From Schmidtea polychroa (taxonomy: Eukaryota): a stretch of 64,000 bases of DNA. A model generated the notes under the pieces. The model did not search any database, was not told where the DNA came from, and saw only the letters and a program-made list of their open reading frames with translations. Below, one piece after another: positions 52,490 to 62,903 of the stretch. The stretch spans positions 236,594,001 to 236,658,000 of the forward strand of contig CM097885.1 of assembly GCA_044892525.1 (NCBI GenBank). The letters are read 5' to 3'. The translations under genes and the position numbers were made by a program. Within the stretch, counting starts at the first letter, position 1. Each line of letters starts with the position of its first letter.

Positions 52490-53920
52490 ATGAATTACAA
52501 CAGAAAACCAAAGCCACCAGTCAGAGCAAATCAACGACACCCATTGGCAACGTATAATTCCCAGAAACAGAGGTATACAGCACATATAAGGAAGAGTACG
52601 TATACAGTTTCATTGGAACCACGATTGCAGAGAAAATGAACCATCTCACCTCAAATTTTTGGTACTATCCTAGAAGAGTGGATATCCCAAATGATTTTAA
52701 ATTCCCAGGCGGGTCTCGAAGGCAAATGATGGTGACGGTTGTGAACAACCAAGGAAGATTGAAACTTGCGGAAATATGCAGAGAATATGGCTCTTGTCCA
52801 AAATTGGAAAACATTTGGATCCATACGATCAACAGGCTGTTCACTGTGTTTATAGCGGGATTAGATTTACCTGTTGAATTGGAAAAACAGTGTACTTTAG
52901 AGATATATCATGCTGATGGACGAGAAAGAAATATTATGATCCAGGCAGCAGCAGTTAATACCATAATCGCACTAGAAATCTTGGACTTTAGAAAGCCATA
53001 CCCTATAGTTTGCAAAAATGAACCTACATGGATTTATAATATAAATGAAGCTGATCATTTGTGAGGAAAAGTTGACCAAAGACGAGGAGGATGAGGCTAC
53101 AATTTTCATATCGGCAGGTTTCACCAAATCCCGGATCGACATAAAAAAGACCCTCATCCAGATTGCAATTATAGATATGAAGGGAAATAATTTATTGAGT
53201 GCGGTAGTGACTCCCAGGGATCCAGTAAACACTTCCAAACGCACCAATACAAATTAAAGGAAACCGATATTAGAGGAAACCTTGACGAAGATGATTGTTA
53301 TCATCTGATAAGGAAGATCTGCGATAAGCAGATACTTGTGGGTATTTTGCTTAAGGATTTGATCTCGGTAGCCAATCTACTTGTGCAGCGAATATTGGGT
53401 ATCGGTGACTTTTCTTCAAATAAATTATTGGAAACCAGAGGACTCCCTAAGATTCATGGTCATTACAGATTGGAATTCCTAACAAAGACTTTCTTGCGTA
53501 CGGTCCCCGGAGAACCAAGGAATTTAGTGGTCACCCATGAGGCACTAGCAATACGTGCAGTTTACTTACATATTAGAAATGAATGGACCCCAGCCAAAGA
53601 GGAAATCACCTGTGGACCTACCACCGCCTCCGGCTATATCAATAGTAGAAGAGTGCGAGTATGAAACGTGCGTTAGTGAGGTGGAAACGGAAAAAACACC
53701 CAAACAATCAACTAGTGCTGCCGATAAGCCAAAGGATAAGCCAAAAACTGCAACAAGGACGGAAAACCCGGAAGGAGGTAAGATGAAAAAGATGTTAAAG
53801 AAAATATTACCTGCAAAAAGAGACAAATCGAAGTTAAAGTTGAAAAAGGTTGTTAAACCATCGGAAGAAACATCAATTAATGTCTATATTAATGTAATCG
53901 TGGGTAGATATATAATTTGA
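52490..53920 (+). pseudogene. Accessory ORF with REX4/ISG20-like DEDDh exonuclease fold and a Pro/Lys-rich tail
   Basis: QIAIIDMKGNNLLSAVVTPRDPV...LKETDIRG..DE......RKICDKQILVGILLKDL...YRLEFLTKTFL...THEALAIRAVY parallels the REX4/ISG20 pattern. Confidence 0.6.
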
Positions 53921-54240
53921 GGGAGGTCCTTTATGAAATTCGAAATTTAAAATTTTAATAAATATGTAAGTAGCCTATATTAATGTTATAATAGATATAT
54001 GATCCGAGGGGGGTCATTTATAAAATTTGAGAATTAAAATGTAAGATAAGTAAACATATAAGTAGTCTTCATTAGTGTATTTATTAATGGATATATAATC
54101 TGAGGGATCATTTATAGAATTTGAGAATTATAGTTTTAAATTCAAATATAAGATAAGTAAATATATAAGCAGTCGACATCAGTTTATTTACTAATAGATA
54201 TATAATTTGAGGGGGTCTTTTAAGACAAATTTTCAACTTG
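53900..54240. repeat. Degenerate 90-110-bp tandem repeat, 4 copies
   Basis: GATATAT.AT..GAGGG..TC.TTTA recurs at about 53910, 53995, 54090 and 54197. Confidence 0.7.
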
Positions 54241-54589
54241 ATTTTAAAGGTAATATAGGTACATACACACATATATATATATATATATATAGTAGGGTAT
54301 TGTGTGGACCCGGGAACAAAGACATATGACGTCATCGATGACGTCACAAAGACATATGACGCCATACCCCCACCCCACTCCGGGGGGAGGGGGGCTTTTT
54401 TTTATTTTATTTTTTTTTAAATTTTTTTTTAAAATTTTTTTTTTAATTTATATTACGTTGCGGTATTTTAAAATTTATATTACGTTGCGGTATTTTAAAA
54501 TTTATTATATTTTAATTATTAAATATATTACGTTGCGGTATTTTAAAAACTTATTGATAAAAGTTTAATAAAATAAAATTATTATTACA

Positions 54590-55005
54590 CACACACAATA
54601 TAGTCTACCCGACAAAATATTCTGTTCCCCTATGTTCACACACACACACAATGTATAAAAATATTATTTACACACACGCAACAACTTAGTGTTCTCATTG
54701 ATATATTAATAATCTATATACTCCGAGTCTATCCGACAAAATATTCTGTTCCCCTATGGTCACACACACACAATGTATAAAAATATTATTTACACACACG
54801 CAACAAGTTAGTGTTCTCATTGATATATTAATAATCTATATACTCCGAGTCTATCCGACAAAATATTCTGTTCCCCTATGGTCACACACACACACAATGT
54901 ATAAAAATATTATTTACACACACGCAACAAGTTAGTGTTCTCATTGATATATTATTAATCTATATACTCCGAGTCTATCCGACAAAATATTCTGTCCCCC
55001 TATGG
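54590..55005. repeat. About 123-bp subterminal tandem repeat, about 3.3 copies
   Basis: CTATATACTCCGAGTCTATCCGACAAAATATTCTG at 54714, 54837 and 54960, with a partial copy at 54601. Confidence 0.92.
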
Positions 55006-55077
55006 GTACTGCTCACAAGGGTACTGGTCACGCTCAACAACTCGCAAGGGTATTAATAAACAATGTAATAAAACATA

Positions 55078-55134
<57 letters not shown>

Positions 55135-55242
55135 ATTTCTATCACAAATCATGGTTAACAAAAAACATAGTCGAATATTATAAAATTAAGGTATTGTGTT
55201 AGCACACACTCGTTATAATAATTAGCAATGTAATAAAACATA

Positions 55243-55273
<31 letters not shown>

Positions 55274-55543
55274 ATTATTATTATTAATATTATTATTATG
55301 GGTACTGCTCACAAAGGTCACAAAGGTAAAGGTTACAAATGTACTGCTAAAAAATATTCAAGACATTAACAAAGAAATTATACTTTAAATATACACTAAA
55401 ATTTATTAACACACTGAGTAAAGGTAACTAACAAAACTTTAACATATTATTATTATTACAATGTATAAAAATTGTTCACAAAGTTACTGTTAAAAATAAT
55501 CAAGATAATAAAATCAATACATTTATTAAATAATTTAAACACA

Positions 55544-58500
55544 TCATCGAAAATAATCATGTCCAAAATAATTATCATCTGCTGGATCATGGAAATCATC
55601 TGTATCATGGAAATCATCTGTATCATCTGCTGAGATAGCTTCCGTTGAATCTATAAATATATCGGTGTCACCGCCCCTATAATGGCCATATGCCAAACTT
55701 TGATTTTTATCCACCCAATTTCGTTTATCATCTCTACACGTCAAGGCTCTTTTATTATTTTTAATACTAAAAAGTTGGTGATTTTTTGACGTTATTCTAA
55801 ACTGAGGGACTGTGTATATTTTATCATTTAAATAACAATCTAGATACGACTGATGTGTTAGTCCAGTATCTTTCATACTTATCCCCTTAGCCTTCATACT
55901 TTCCTCATCACCCATCAAACTGTAACATTTAGGTCTCAAGAACACCCAATCTTTATATAATAACCCTTTATTCTCGTCTTTGAATTTGCCAATGACAGAA
56001 TCAAGGTTCCTACTATATAAAGGATGATTTGGGTCATAATTCGAAGTATCTAATAATTGATCTCTAATCATCACAGGTAAAAGAATGTCAAGACTACAAT
56101 ATTTAATTTCCAAGAAGAAGGAATCTGTGTCTCCAGCAACGATATTAATTTCGCAGTTGAATTCGTCGCGATATTTTTGCAACTCTTCATACTGTAGCTG
56201 GTACATCCTGAGTTTGGATAAATCAAGTACGGTTTGACCAATGTAACTAGGTCTATTCAAACACACTATGTCCTTCCTCAATAAAACCGAAATCAAGTCA
56301 TCATCGATTTTCGTGGATTTACGAAAAGTCGGTTTCGAACAGAATGTTAATAATCTCTGTGAAGAATTACACAGACGTAAATTAATACGTTTTTTAAGAT
56401 TTTCAACAGTCTTGCCGTAAAGACTGTTGCTTAATAATTTATAAAAATTTTTATCGAGTTTATTTGTCGACGCTGCTCGTAACGCCGTATTTGTGTTAAT
56501 ATAATTTTTGAAAATTTTATCTTGTTTAAATTTAATTGCTCTATGTGTTTTTGATATTTTAACACCTAATTTAATAAATATTTGTAGAAGCCTCCAATGA
56601 AGAACGTAGTTCCTCTTGGGGCTATGTGTAAGCAACAGCTTCTCTATTTTCGAACCCGGTACACACATCTTTTCAGCGGCAACGGGAAGATCGTCCAGTT
56701 TGTCGTGAATTGACGTCGGTATTTCTAAATCCACTTCTATGGTATAACCATAATCAAGCAGATCTAAATCTACCGTTGTGCATTCAACAATTATATTATT
56801 TAATAAATTATCATCAGTAACCCATTCAAAGTCACTGCAAGGTAATGGTTGACTTAAAGCCCAACCGTATAAATTATTTATATCTATGTAAAGCAAAGCG
56901 GTATCCGGGTCTGTTTTTACATAATGTTTGTTTACAAAAGTTAGTCCGCCACGGATACCGCCCTCGAAAAAGTTATACATCTCCATATCGGTGAGGAGCT
57001 CAATTGGAGAGTTTAAAGTTAATAAGGCTGAATTCCAAGACATACCTGGAATCCCTAAGAAATTTAATGGCTCTAGTCGGTTATGAGCAATGGACTTAGC
57101 TCTAAATTGCTGGAAAAAATCGGCTAAAAGGAAAACATCAAGTTTTAAATAAACCATCATGTAATCGAAAAGTGAAGTACATGAAGTTTCAACCCAAATT
57201 CGCTGAGCTGTCTCATATTCAGCAGGAGTCACATCTTTCCAAATAGGTGGTAACTGATGAGTGTTATGTAAAACCTCTAATGAAGTTGCGACATCATAAG
57301 GAAAAATTCCCTTTGCAGTTATTATTGTACCCTGAAATTCTGATTCGGTCAAGGGTAAAGATGATAAAGTTTTGACAGCATTATTTAAAGACTCGCTGAC
57401 AAATTGATAAGAGTCTATAAATTTAACAGTTAATGAGTCAATCCTAGCAAAAAGACTAAGGAATTTCTCGCTGGTTAAAGGAATACAACTAATATTCCAT
57501 GAATGATATTTTGAAAGGCCAAATTTCAAGATATGATGCAGATCATAACCCTTTAAATTATGAAATACTACAGGAAGGGTATGTCTAATTTGCCTCGACA
57601 GATTACAAGTTGTACAAGCGGCACCAAGATATAGACCGGTAAAATGATCATGGTCCCTAACTGGACTAACTAAAGGCTTATTACACAAATAACATGATGT
57701 GCTGTTTTCAAACATTAATTGTTGCTCATCTGTAATTATCATTTTCTTTTGATAATTTTTATAATAATAAGGAGTTACAATATATTTCCCTATCATTTCA
57801 ATTTCAGTAAGAAATTGATCGACACAATCTAAACCGGTGAACGACTTATAAATTTTTACGCCTGTGAAATTATTAATAAAAAGCATACCGGCAGAAATAG
57901 GCAGATGACGTTGAAAGTAGCGAGTGTCTTTAGGTAAGATAGCCTCAAAGTCAGCGTAAATAACAAAGGGAGGAGTAACTGTTTTACTCCAATCAGTAAA
58001 TTCTAAATATTTATTTTTAGGCAATGTGTACAAGGTAGTACCAAGCTGATTTTTATCGCAAAGACCCTTATGTCTATTAAAAGCGTCATCATTCCTAAAA
58101 CCGTTTAAACATCTAGGGCACCACTGACTACAAATCCTAACAGGAGTGATTGAACTATTCCTACAATTAAGAAATCTATTTAGGTCTGTGATTCCAAGAT
58201 AATGATAATTATCATTCTTTTCGATTAATAATAAATTGATAGGTATGGCTCCTACTATCTTACTCCTATATATTATATCAATAAAGGGATGTTTCATAAC
58301 TGCATCTTCATCGGAAATGTCAATCAAAGCCTTTTCGTTATAAGTAAGAACATTAATACTATAACCCGGATTTTGTTGTTCAAATTTACTTATATTTGAT
58401 AGTTTCATCGGCATATCATTAGGATCAAATTTAATTTCAGAAAGATTGTAGGAATTAAGGCGATTTCTATATTGCCTATTTATACAGTCATATTTAATAA

Positions 58501-58819
58501 TTGACAAGAAACTATACAAAAAGCAGAAGTGGTCATTATTAACTACATTAATGAGACAGCTTAAGTTTCTTAAAGATTTTGGGGTTTCAATAAAACTTCT
58601 ACCACTTAATCGACTTATTTCAGCAAATTTAGTAAGAACAAAGCTTATGTATTCTATTTTATTGATAGTCCAATTACTACCTTTCTCATTAATTTTAATT
58701 ATTTTTTCATTTAAACGAGCAATACCTTCGTCAATGAATGTATCGCTCCAAACTCGGGCGGAATTCGAGATTACAAAAGATTGTAACTCATCATCTTTTA
58801 TAAATTCCCCTTTAGACAA
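55544..58819 (-). CDS. pPolB: Protein-primed family B DNA polymerase
   Basis: YADFE, DHDH..G.Y.GAAC..CNL, HNLKGYDLH, FIDS, KGIFPY, YIDINNLYG, KLLSNSLYGK, GDTDS, PKCY, KAKG. Confidence 0.96.
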   Translation of the reverse strand: MSKGEFIKDDELQSFVISNSARVWSDTFIDEGIARLNEKIIKINEKGSNWTINKIEYISFVLTKFAEISRLSGRSFIETPKSLRNLSCLINVVNNDHFCFLYSFLSIIKYDCINRQYRNRLNSYNLSEIKFDPNDMPMKLSNISKFEQQNPGYSINVLTYNEKALIDISDEDAVMKHPFIDIIYRSKIVGAIPINLLLIEKNDNYHYLGITDLNRFLNCRNSSITPVRICSQWCPRCLNGFRNDDAFNRHKGLCDKNQLGTTLYTLPKNKYLEFTDWSKTVTPPFVIYADFEAILPKDTRYFQRHLPISAGMLFINNFTGVKIYKSFTGLDCVDQFLTEIEMIGKYIVTPYYYKNYQKKMIITDEQQLMFENSTSCYLCNKPLVSPVRDHDHFTGLYLGAACTTCNLSRQIRHTLPVVFHNLKGYDLHHILKFGLSKYHSWNISCIPLTSEKFLSLFARIDSLTVKFIDSYQFVSESLNNAVKTLSSLPLTESEFQGTIITAKGIFPYDVATSLEVLHNTHQLPPIWKDVTPAEYETAQRIWVETSCTSLFDYMMVYLKLDVFLLADFFQQFRAKSIAHNRLEPLNFLGIPGMSWNSALLTLNSPIELLTDMEMYNFFEGGIRGGLTFVNKHYVKTDPDTALLYIDINNLYGWALSQPLPCSDFEWVTDDNLLNNIIVECTTVDLDLLDYGYTIEVDLEIPTSIHDKLDDLPVAAEKMCVPGSKIEKLLLTHSPKRNYVLHWRLLQIFIKLGVKISKTHRAIKFKQDKIFKNYINTNTALRAASTNKLDKNFYKLLSNSLYGKTVENLKKRINLRLCNSSQRLLTFCSKPTFRKSTKIDDDLISVLLRKDIVCLNRPSYIGQTVLDLSKLRMYQLQYEELQKYRDEFNCEINIVAGDTDSFFLEIKYCSLDILLPVMIRDQLLDTSNYDPNHPLYSRNLDSVIGKFKDENKGLLYKDWVFLRPKCYSLMGDEESMKAKGISMKDTGLTHQSYLDCYLNDKIYTVPQFRITSKNHQLFSIKNNKRALTCRDDKRNWVDKNQSLAYGHYRGGDTDIFIDSTEAISADDTDDFHDTDDFHDPADDNYFGHDYFR

Positions 58820-60179
58820 AATTGAATTTTACATGATTTTAATTTATTTACATATAAATTTAATTTATTTATTAAAATTTCTGGTACAGAGACCGTTTTT
58901 AAATCTAAAGACGAAACGTCCATTTTTAATATAATATGATTATTATTTAAATCACTGGTGACATCTACGACACCATAACCTATTTGATTAGTATTATTAA
59001 TACGATTATTATAATAAATATTACTACTACTACTATTATTATTATTATTATTATTATTATCAATTTCCTCATCACTTATGTTGATTATTTCATCATCATC
59101 ACTTATTGTGATTACATCAATAACTTTAGATTTTTTACTTGGTATTGAATTTATTTTTTCATTATTTTTTCTTTTATTCATATTAATTAGATTATTTATT
59201 TGTTCATTTAATTTATTTACTTGATCTTTTAGATTATTTATTTCGTTTATATCATTATTATTATTATTGGTGCTGTTAGTATTATTGTTGGTGATATTAT
59301 TATTATTATTATTGTTGATATTATTATTATTATTATTATTATTGTTAACAAACGATTCATATAAGCTATAGAAAAGAGACTTCTTAGAAGGTTTAAATTG
59401 TTGGAGATGGAGTCTATGCTTATTATAAAATTCCTTATACGTTATAACTTCAATAACCTCACATTTAGGGCATAGGATGTAGGTGACACCGTTATATTTA
59501 TGACTATAATATCTTTCCATTATATCATCGCAGTCATTATGATATTGACTATTACAAAAGTTTTGGTATTTCAAACCTATGAAAATATTTTTATCATAAA
59601 ATGTTTAAAAAATATTAAGATAATAATCATTTTTAAAGTTTAAGATATTTTTCGTAAGATATTATTCAAAATTATCTTTTAAATAGTATCTTATAAAAAA
59701 TATTATAAAATATATATAATTTAATTCGTTTTCATAAATAATTTAATTCATTTTCATAAATAAATAAATAGGTAAATCTTCTTTTCATGAATAAATCTTC
59801 TTTTCAAAATCATCATAAATAAATAAATAAGTAAATCTTCTTTTCAAAATCATCATAAATAAATAAGTAAATCTTCTTTTCATAAATTATCATAAATAAA
59901 TAAGTAAATCTTCTTTTCATAAATAAATAAATAGGTAAATCTTCTTTTCATGAATAAATCTTCTTTTCAAAAATTATCATAAATAAATAAATAAGTAAAT
60001 CTTCTTTTCATAAATAAGTAAATCTTCTTTTCATGAATAAATCTTCTTTTCATAAATCTTCCTTTCAAAATCATCATAAATAAATCTTCTTTTAAAATAT
60101 CTTCTTTTCATAAATAAATCTTCTTTTAAAATATCTTCTTTTCATGAAAAAATCTTCTTTTCATAAGTTTCTTCTTTTA

Positions 60180-60212
<33 letters not shown>

Positions 60213-60540
60213 ATTGTTTAAAAAAACTTAAAAACTTATAACAATAAATAAATACTTACATTTTCGTCCTTTCGAAAGAAATTTTCCAGCATCAGCACCA
60301 GCAGAAGTATTTATTACATTTCCATCTAAAAGCATAATAAAAATAATAATGATAATAAGAGTAAACTATTACCATTTATTCTATTCATGTCTACAGCTTG
60401 TCCGTCGATATTCATTTTAATTTGTTGATTAGTACCTAATAATCATATTAAAAATAATAAAATAATAAAATAATAAATTTACCATTAATTCCTCCAACGA
60501 TCTTTCCGTCAACTCTTTGAATATTGTTGTTGTTGTTCAT
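58798..60540 (-). CDS. Spliced N-terminal part of the pPolB locus (exons 60540-60483, 60435-60373, 60325-60260, 59576-58798)
   Basis: Three GT-AG phase-1 introns (47, 47 and 683 nt) give one continuous ORF: MNNNNNIQRVDGKIVGGINGTNQQIKM...GRKCLKYQNFC... Confidence 0.72.
59740..60180. repeat. AAATCTTCTTTTCATAAATAAATA-type minisatellite inside the predicted intron
   Basis: More than 10 variable copies. Confidence 0.85.
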
Positions 60541-60908
60541 GTTGCTAATATATTTTTAAAAGTGATGAAAAAATGAAAGTGTAGACTATATAAGAGAGAT
60601 ATTACAGGTTTTATTAACCGACCAATGAAAATAGAGATAGGATAGGAAAAGACACTACATGTTTGTTTATACAAACCATGACGAAATAATGACCTTTACA
60701 TGTCTTTATTACTCAGTGCTTTGTTACTTTGCACTGTGCATGCACTGAACATGTAATAGTATTACATAATATTTTTAAACATAAAATTTTAAACATAAAA
60801 TAATAAAATAATAAAATAATAAAACAAATAATAATAATATTTAACAAATAATAATAATAATATTTAACAAATAATTAAAATAGTCAACAAATAAAAATCA
60901 TACATTTA

Positions 60909-61293
60909 TTAACCATCAAATTTTTTATACAACAACCATGCCAAACAGTGTTGACCACATGTTTGAGTCAATGGATTTTGAAACATAGTTTTATTATATA
61001 CAATAGGTTTCCCAATTGTTTGAAGTTTTGATATCAACAAAGCAGGATGATAGAAACCCATAGGATCGAATACGAATATATTACTAGGTTTCACATATAT
61101 AGCTATCCAATGTTCTCCACCAAGATGAGACGAATGAGTATTGATGATTATGGCTTGATTATTGCTCAAATAAGGAATTTTATCAAGAGGAAAAACTCCT
61201 ACAAATTCATTTCCTAATATTTGTTTTCCAATTCGATTAACCTGAACAGAACTACTTTAATAAAATTAAACAGTATCAAAAAACTTACTCCAT
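60909..61293 (-). CDS. Adenain-like cysteine protease (PRO); start uncertain, possibly spliced
   Basis: FVGVFPLDKIP upstream in frame; IINT....GEHW, FDPMG, FQ...TQTCGQHC. Confidence 0.88.
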
Positions 61294-61320
61294 GACAACT
61301 TTTTGTGTTTCTGTATACAT

Positions 61321-62544
61321 TTATACTAGCACGGTTCTATTTGCAGTAATTTGAACTTCATTTTCAAATACTCCATATATTATAACATGTACCGGTTCAG
61401 TAATAGCTTTTGCAAACTTAATATCCAGTCGTAAATTCCCGTTTTGTGGTAGTTGACTCTGATTTAAATCAAAATCAGGGGCTAAAACAAATGTAAAAAA
61501 TGGATATTTGCTTTTAAATTCTTCTAGAGTTATTCCACAATTCAAGTTTTTATCTAAGTAACCCAGATTTCTAACAATACTCTGCATATATGTCGCACAG
61601 TAATTATCGCTTTCGAAATCTTGAGTATATGTTTCTCTATAATCAGTATTTTTCGACAAAGTCAATGAAGTAACACCAAAATTTTTGAAAATTGAGCTGG
61701 AAGCAGTATATGATCCATTATATTGCGTTTCATTTTGAAATGTTACCAGAATAAAATTAGGCATTCTTCTGTCACTAAATATTTGTTCTTTATAGAATGA
61801 TGAAGCACCTTTAGCAATAGCAAATTGTACAATTTCCTTTGTTTTTAAAGGATAAATTGCATGTTTTGAATTAAGACCCAATTGATGACCAGCTAATACT
61901 GACGGGTCTACTCGAACTCTTCTCACCAATAATTTTGCATCAACTAATTGGCATATTGGTGCACCAGTTGCACTAGTAAGAGATAATGCAGAATCAGACC
62001 TTTTCAATCTAATGTGTACATTAACTCCTGGTAGCAAATATTTCGGTTGATCCATAAAATTGAGTTGTAATGATGAGCACATAGTGAATGATTTTGAGCC
62101 TTTAACCCACTTTTTTCTTTCATCATCTGTTGCTGCATAACCCATAGGTGTAAGACAGGTATTTTTAGTATCAGAATTGTAATTTAAAATAGTTTCTATC
62201 AAAGCCTTGTGAATGAATGTATTATTTCCGCCCTCAATCTTAATATTATTAAATCCCAAGACTGCATCTTTAAACAGAGTATGAAACATGAAATTGTTCG
62301 GTATTACATCTGCATTGGCATCCAAAACTTTTCTATCTTTATCTACAACCTTGATCTGAACAGTCAATAAAGTATCATTCAAATCTAAATATTCAGTTTG
62401 CGAACCATTAATATGAAACTCGATATCATTTCTACTATCAGTAATTGAATTCATAGGAAAAACTTCCTCAAAGGCCCCAAATTCGATTACCGCTTGAGGC
62501 GATGGTCTATCAAATATACATAATTCAGATTTACCACAAATCAT
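61321..62544 (-). CDS. Major capsid protein (double jelly-roll, PY)
   Basis: SELCIF..P..Q..IE.G.F.E..P, IEF.I.G...EYLDL, Q.KYLLPGV...I.LKR, GNLRLDIKF. Confidence 0.88.
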   Translation of the reverse strand: MICGKSELCIFDRPSPQAVIEFGAFEEVFPMNSITDSRNDIEFHINGSQTEYLDLNDTLLTVQIKVVDKDRKVLDANADVIPNNFMFHTLFKDAVLGFNNIKIEGGNNTFIHKALIETILNYNSDTKNTCLTPMGYAATDDERKKWVKGSKSFTMCSSLQLNFMDQPKYLLPGVNVHIRLKRSDSALSLTSATGAPICQLVDAKLLVRRVRVDPSVLAGHQLGLNSKHAIYPLKTKEIVQFAIAKGASSFYKEQIFSDRRMPNFILVTFQNETQYNGSYTASSSIFKNFGVTSLTLSKNTDYRETYTQDFESDNYCATYMQSIVRNLGYLDKNLNCGITLEEFKSKYPFFTFVLAPDFDLNQSQLPQNGNLRLDIKFAKAITEPVHVIIYGVFENEVQITANRTVLV

Positions 62545-62903
62545 TTTGCAAATATAGTTCCATGTCCTTTCATTCGTTTGTTTATACGCGATATTCCATG
62601 TCCTTTACGTTTTGGAGCTGGAGCTGGGGGCGTATCTTTTTGAAACATACCAGCAACTCCAGGTAGAACCTTCCCTAACTCAGCTAAAGCATTTGTTTTT
62701 AGGGATGGTAATATTTTCTGTTCATTCATAATAACATCTTTTGCAGTTTTCATACCAAAACTACCGATACGTTTAAGAATAGGAAGTGCAAATCTCCCTA
62801 TTGTTTTTAACCAACCTGATCCGTACTGTTTACCAATAAAATATGGTAATTCACCGCCAGATTGGCTATCACTATACATACTAATAATATCGGAATTAGC
62901 CAT
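62541..62903 (-). CDS. Small basic virion core protein (PW-like) with protease-cleavage-type Gly motifs
   Basis: QSGG, F.G.QYGSG, amphipathic WLKTIGRFALPILKRIG, RKGHG, MKGHG. Confidence 0.6.
   Translation of the reverse strand: MANSDIISMYSDSQSGGELPYFIGKQYGSGWLKTIGRFALPILKRIGSFGMKTAKDVIMNEQKILPSLKTNALAELGKVLPGVAGMFQKDTPPAPAPKRKGHGISRINKRMKGHGTIFAK

Larger units (their letters stand above)
42834..54290 (+). mobile_element. Large Ty3/Gypsy element 3 with env-like and accessory ORFs; 3' LTR not in window
   Basis: Putative 5' LTR, tRNA-Trp PBS, gag, glycoprotein-like region, PR-RT-RH-IN and extra ORFs; ends at the Polinton insertion. Confidence 0.85.

Noticed and set aside
54590..55005. CRISPR-like array near a polymerase gene
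   Set aside because: Whole 123-bp units are near-identical, so this is a plain tandem repeat
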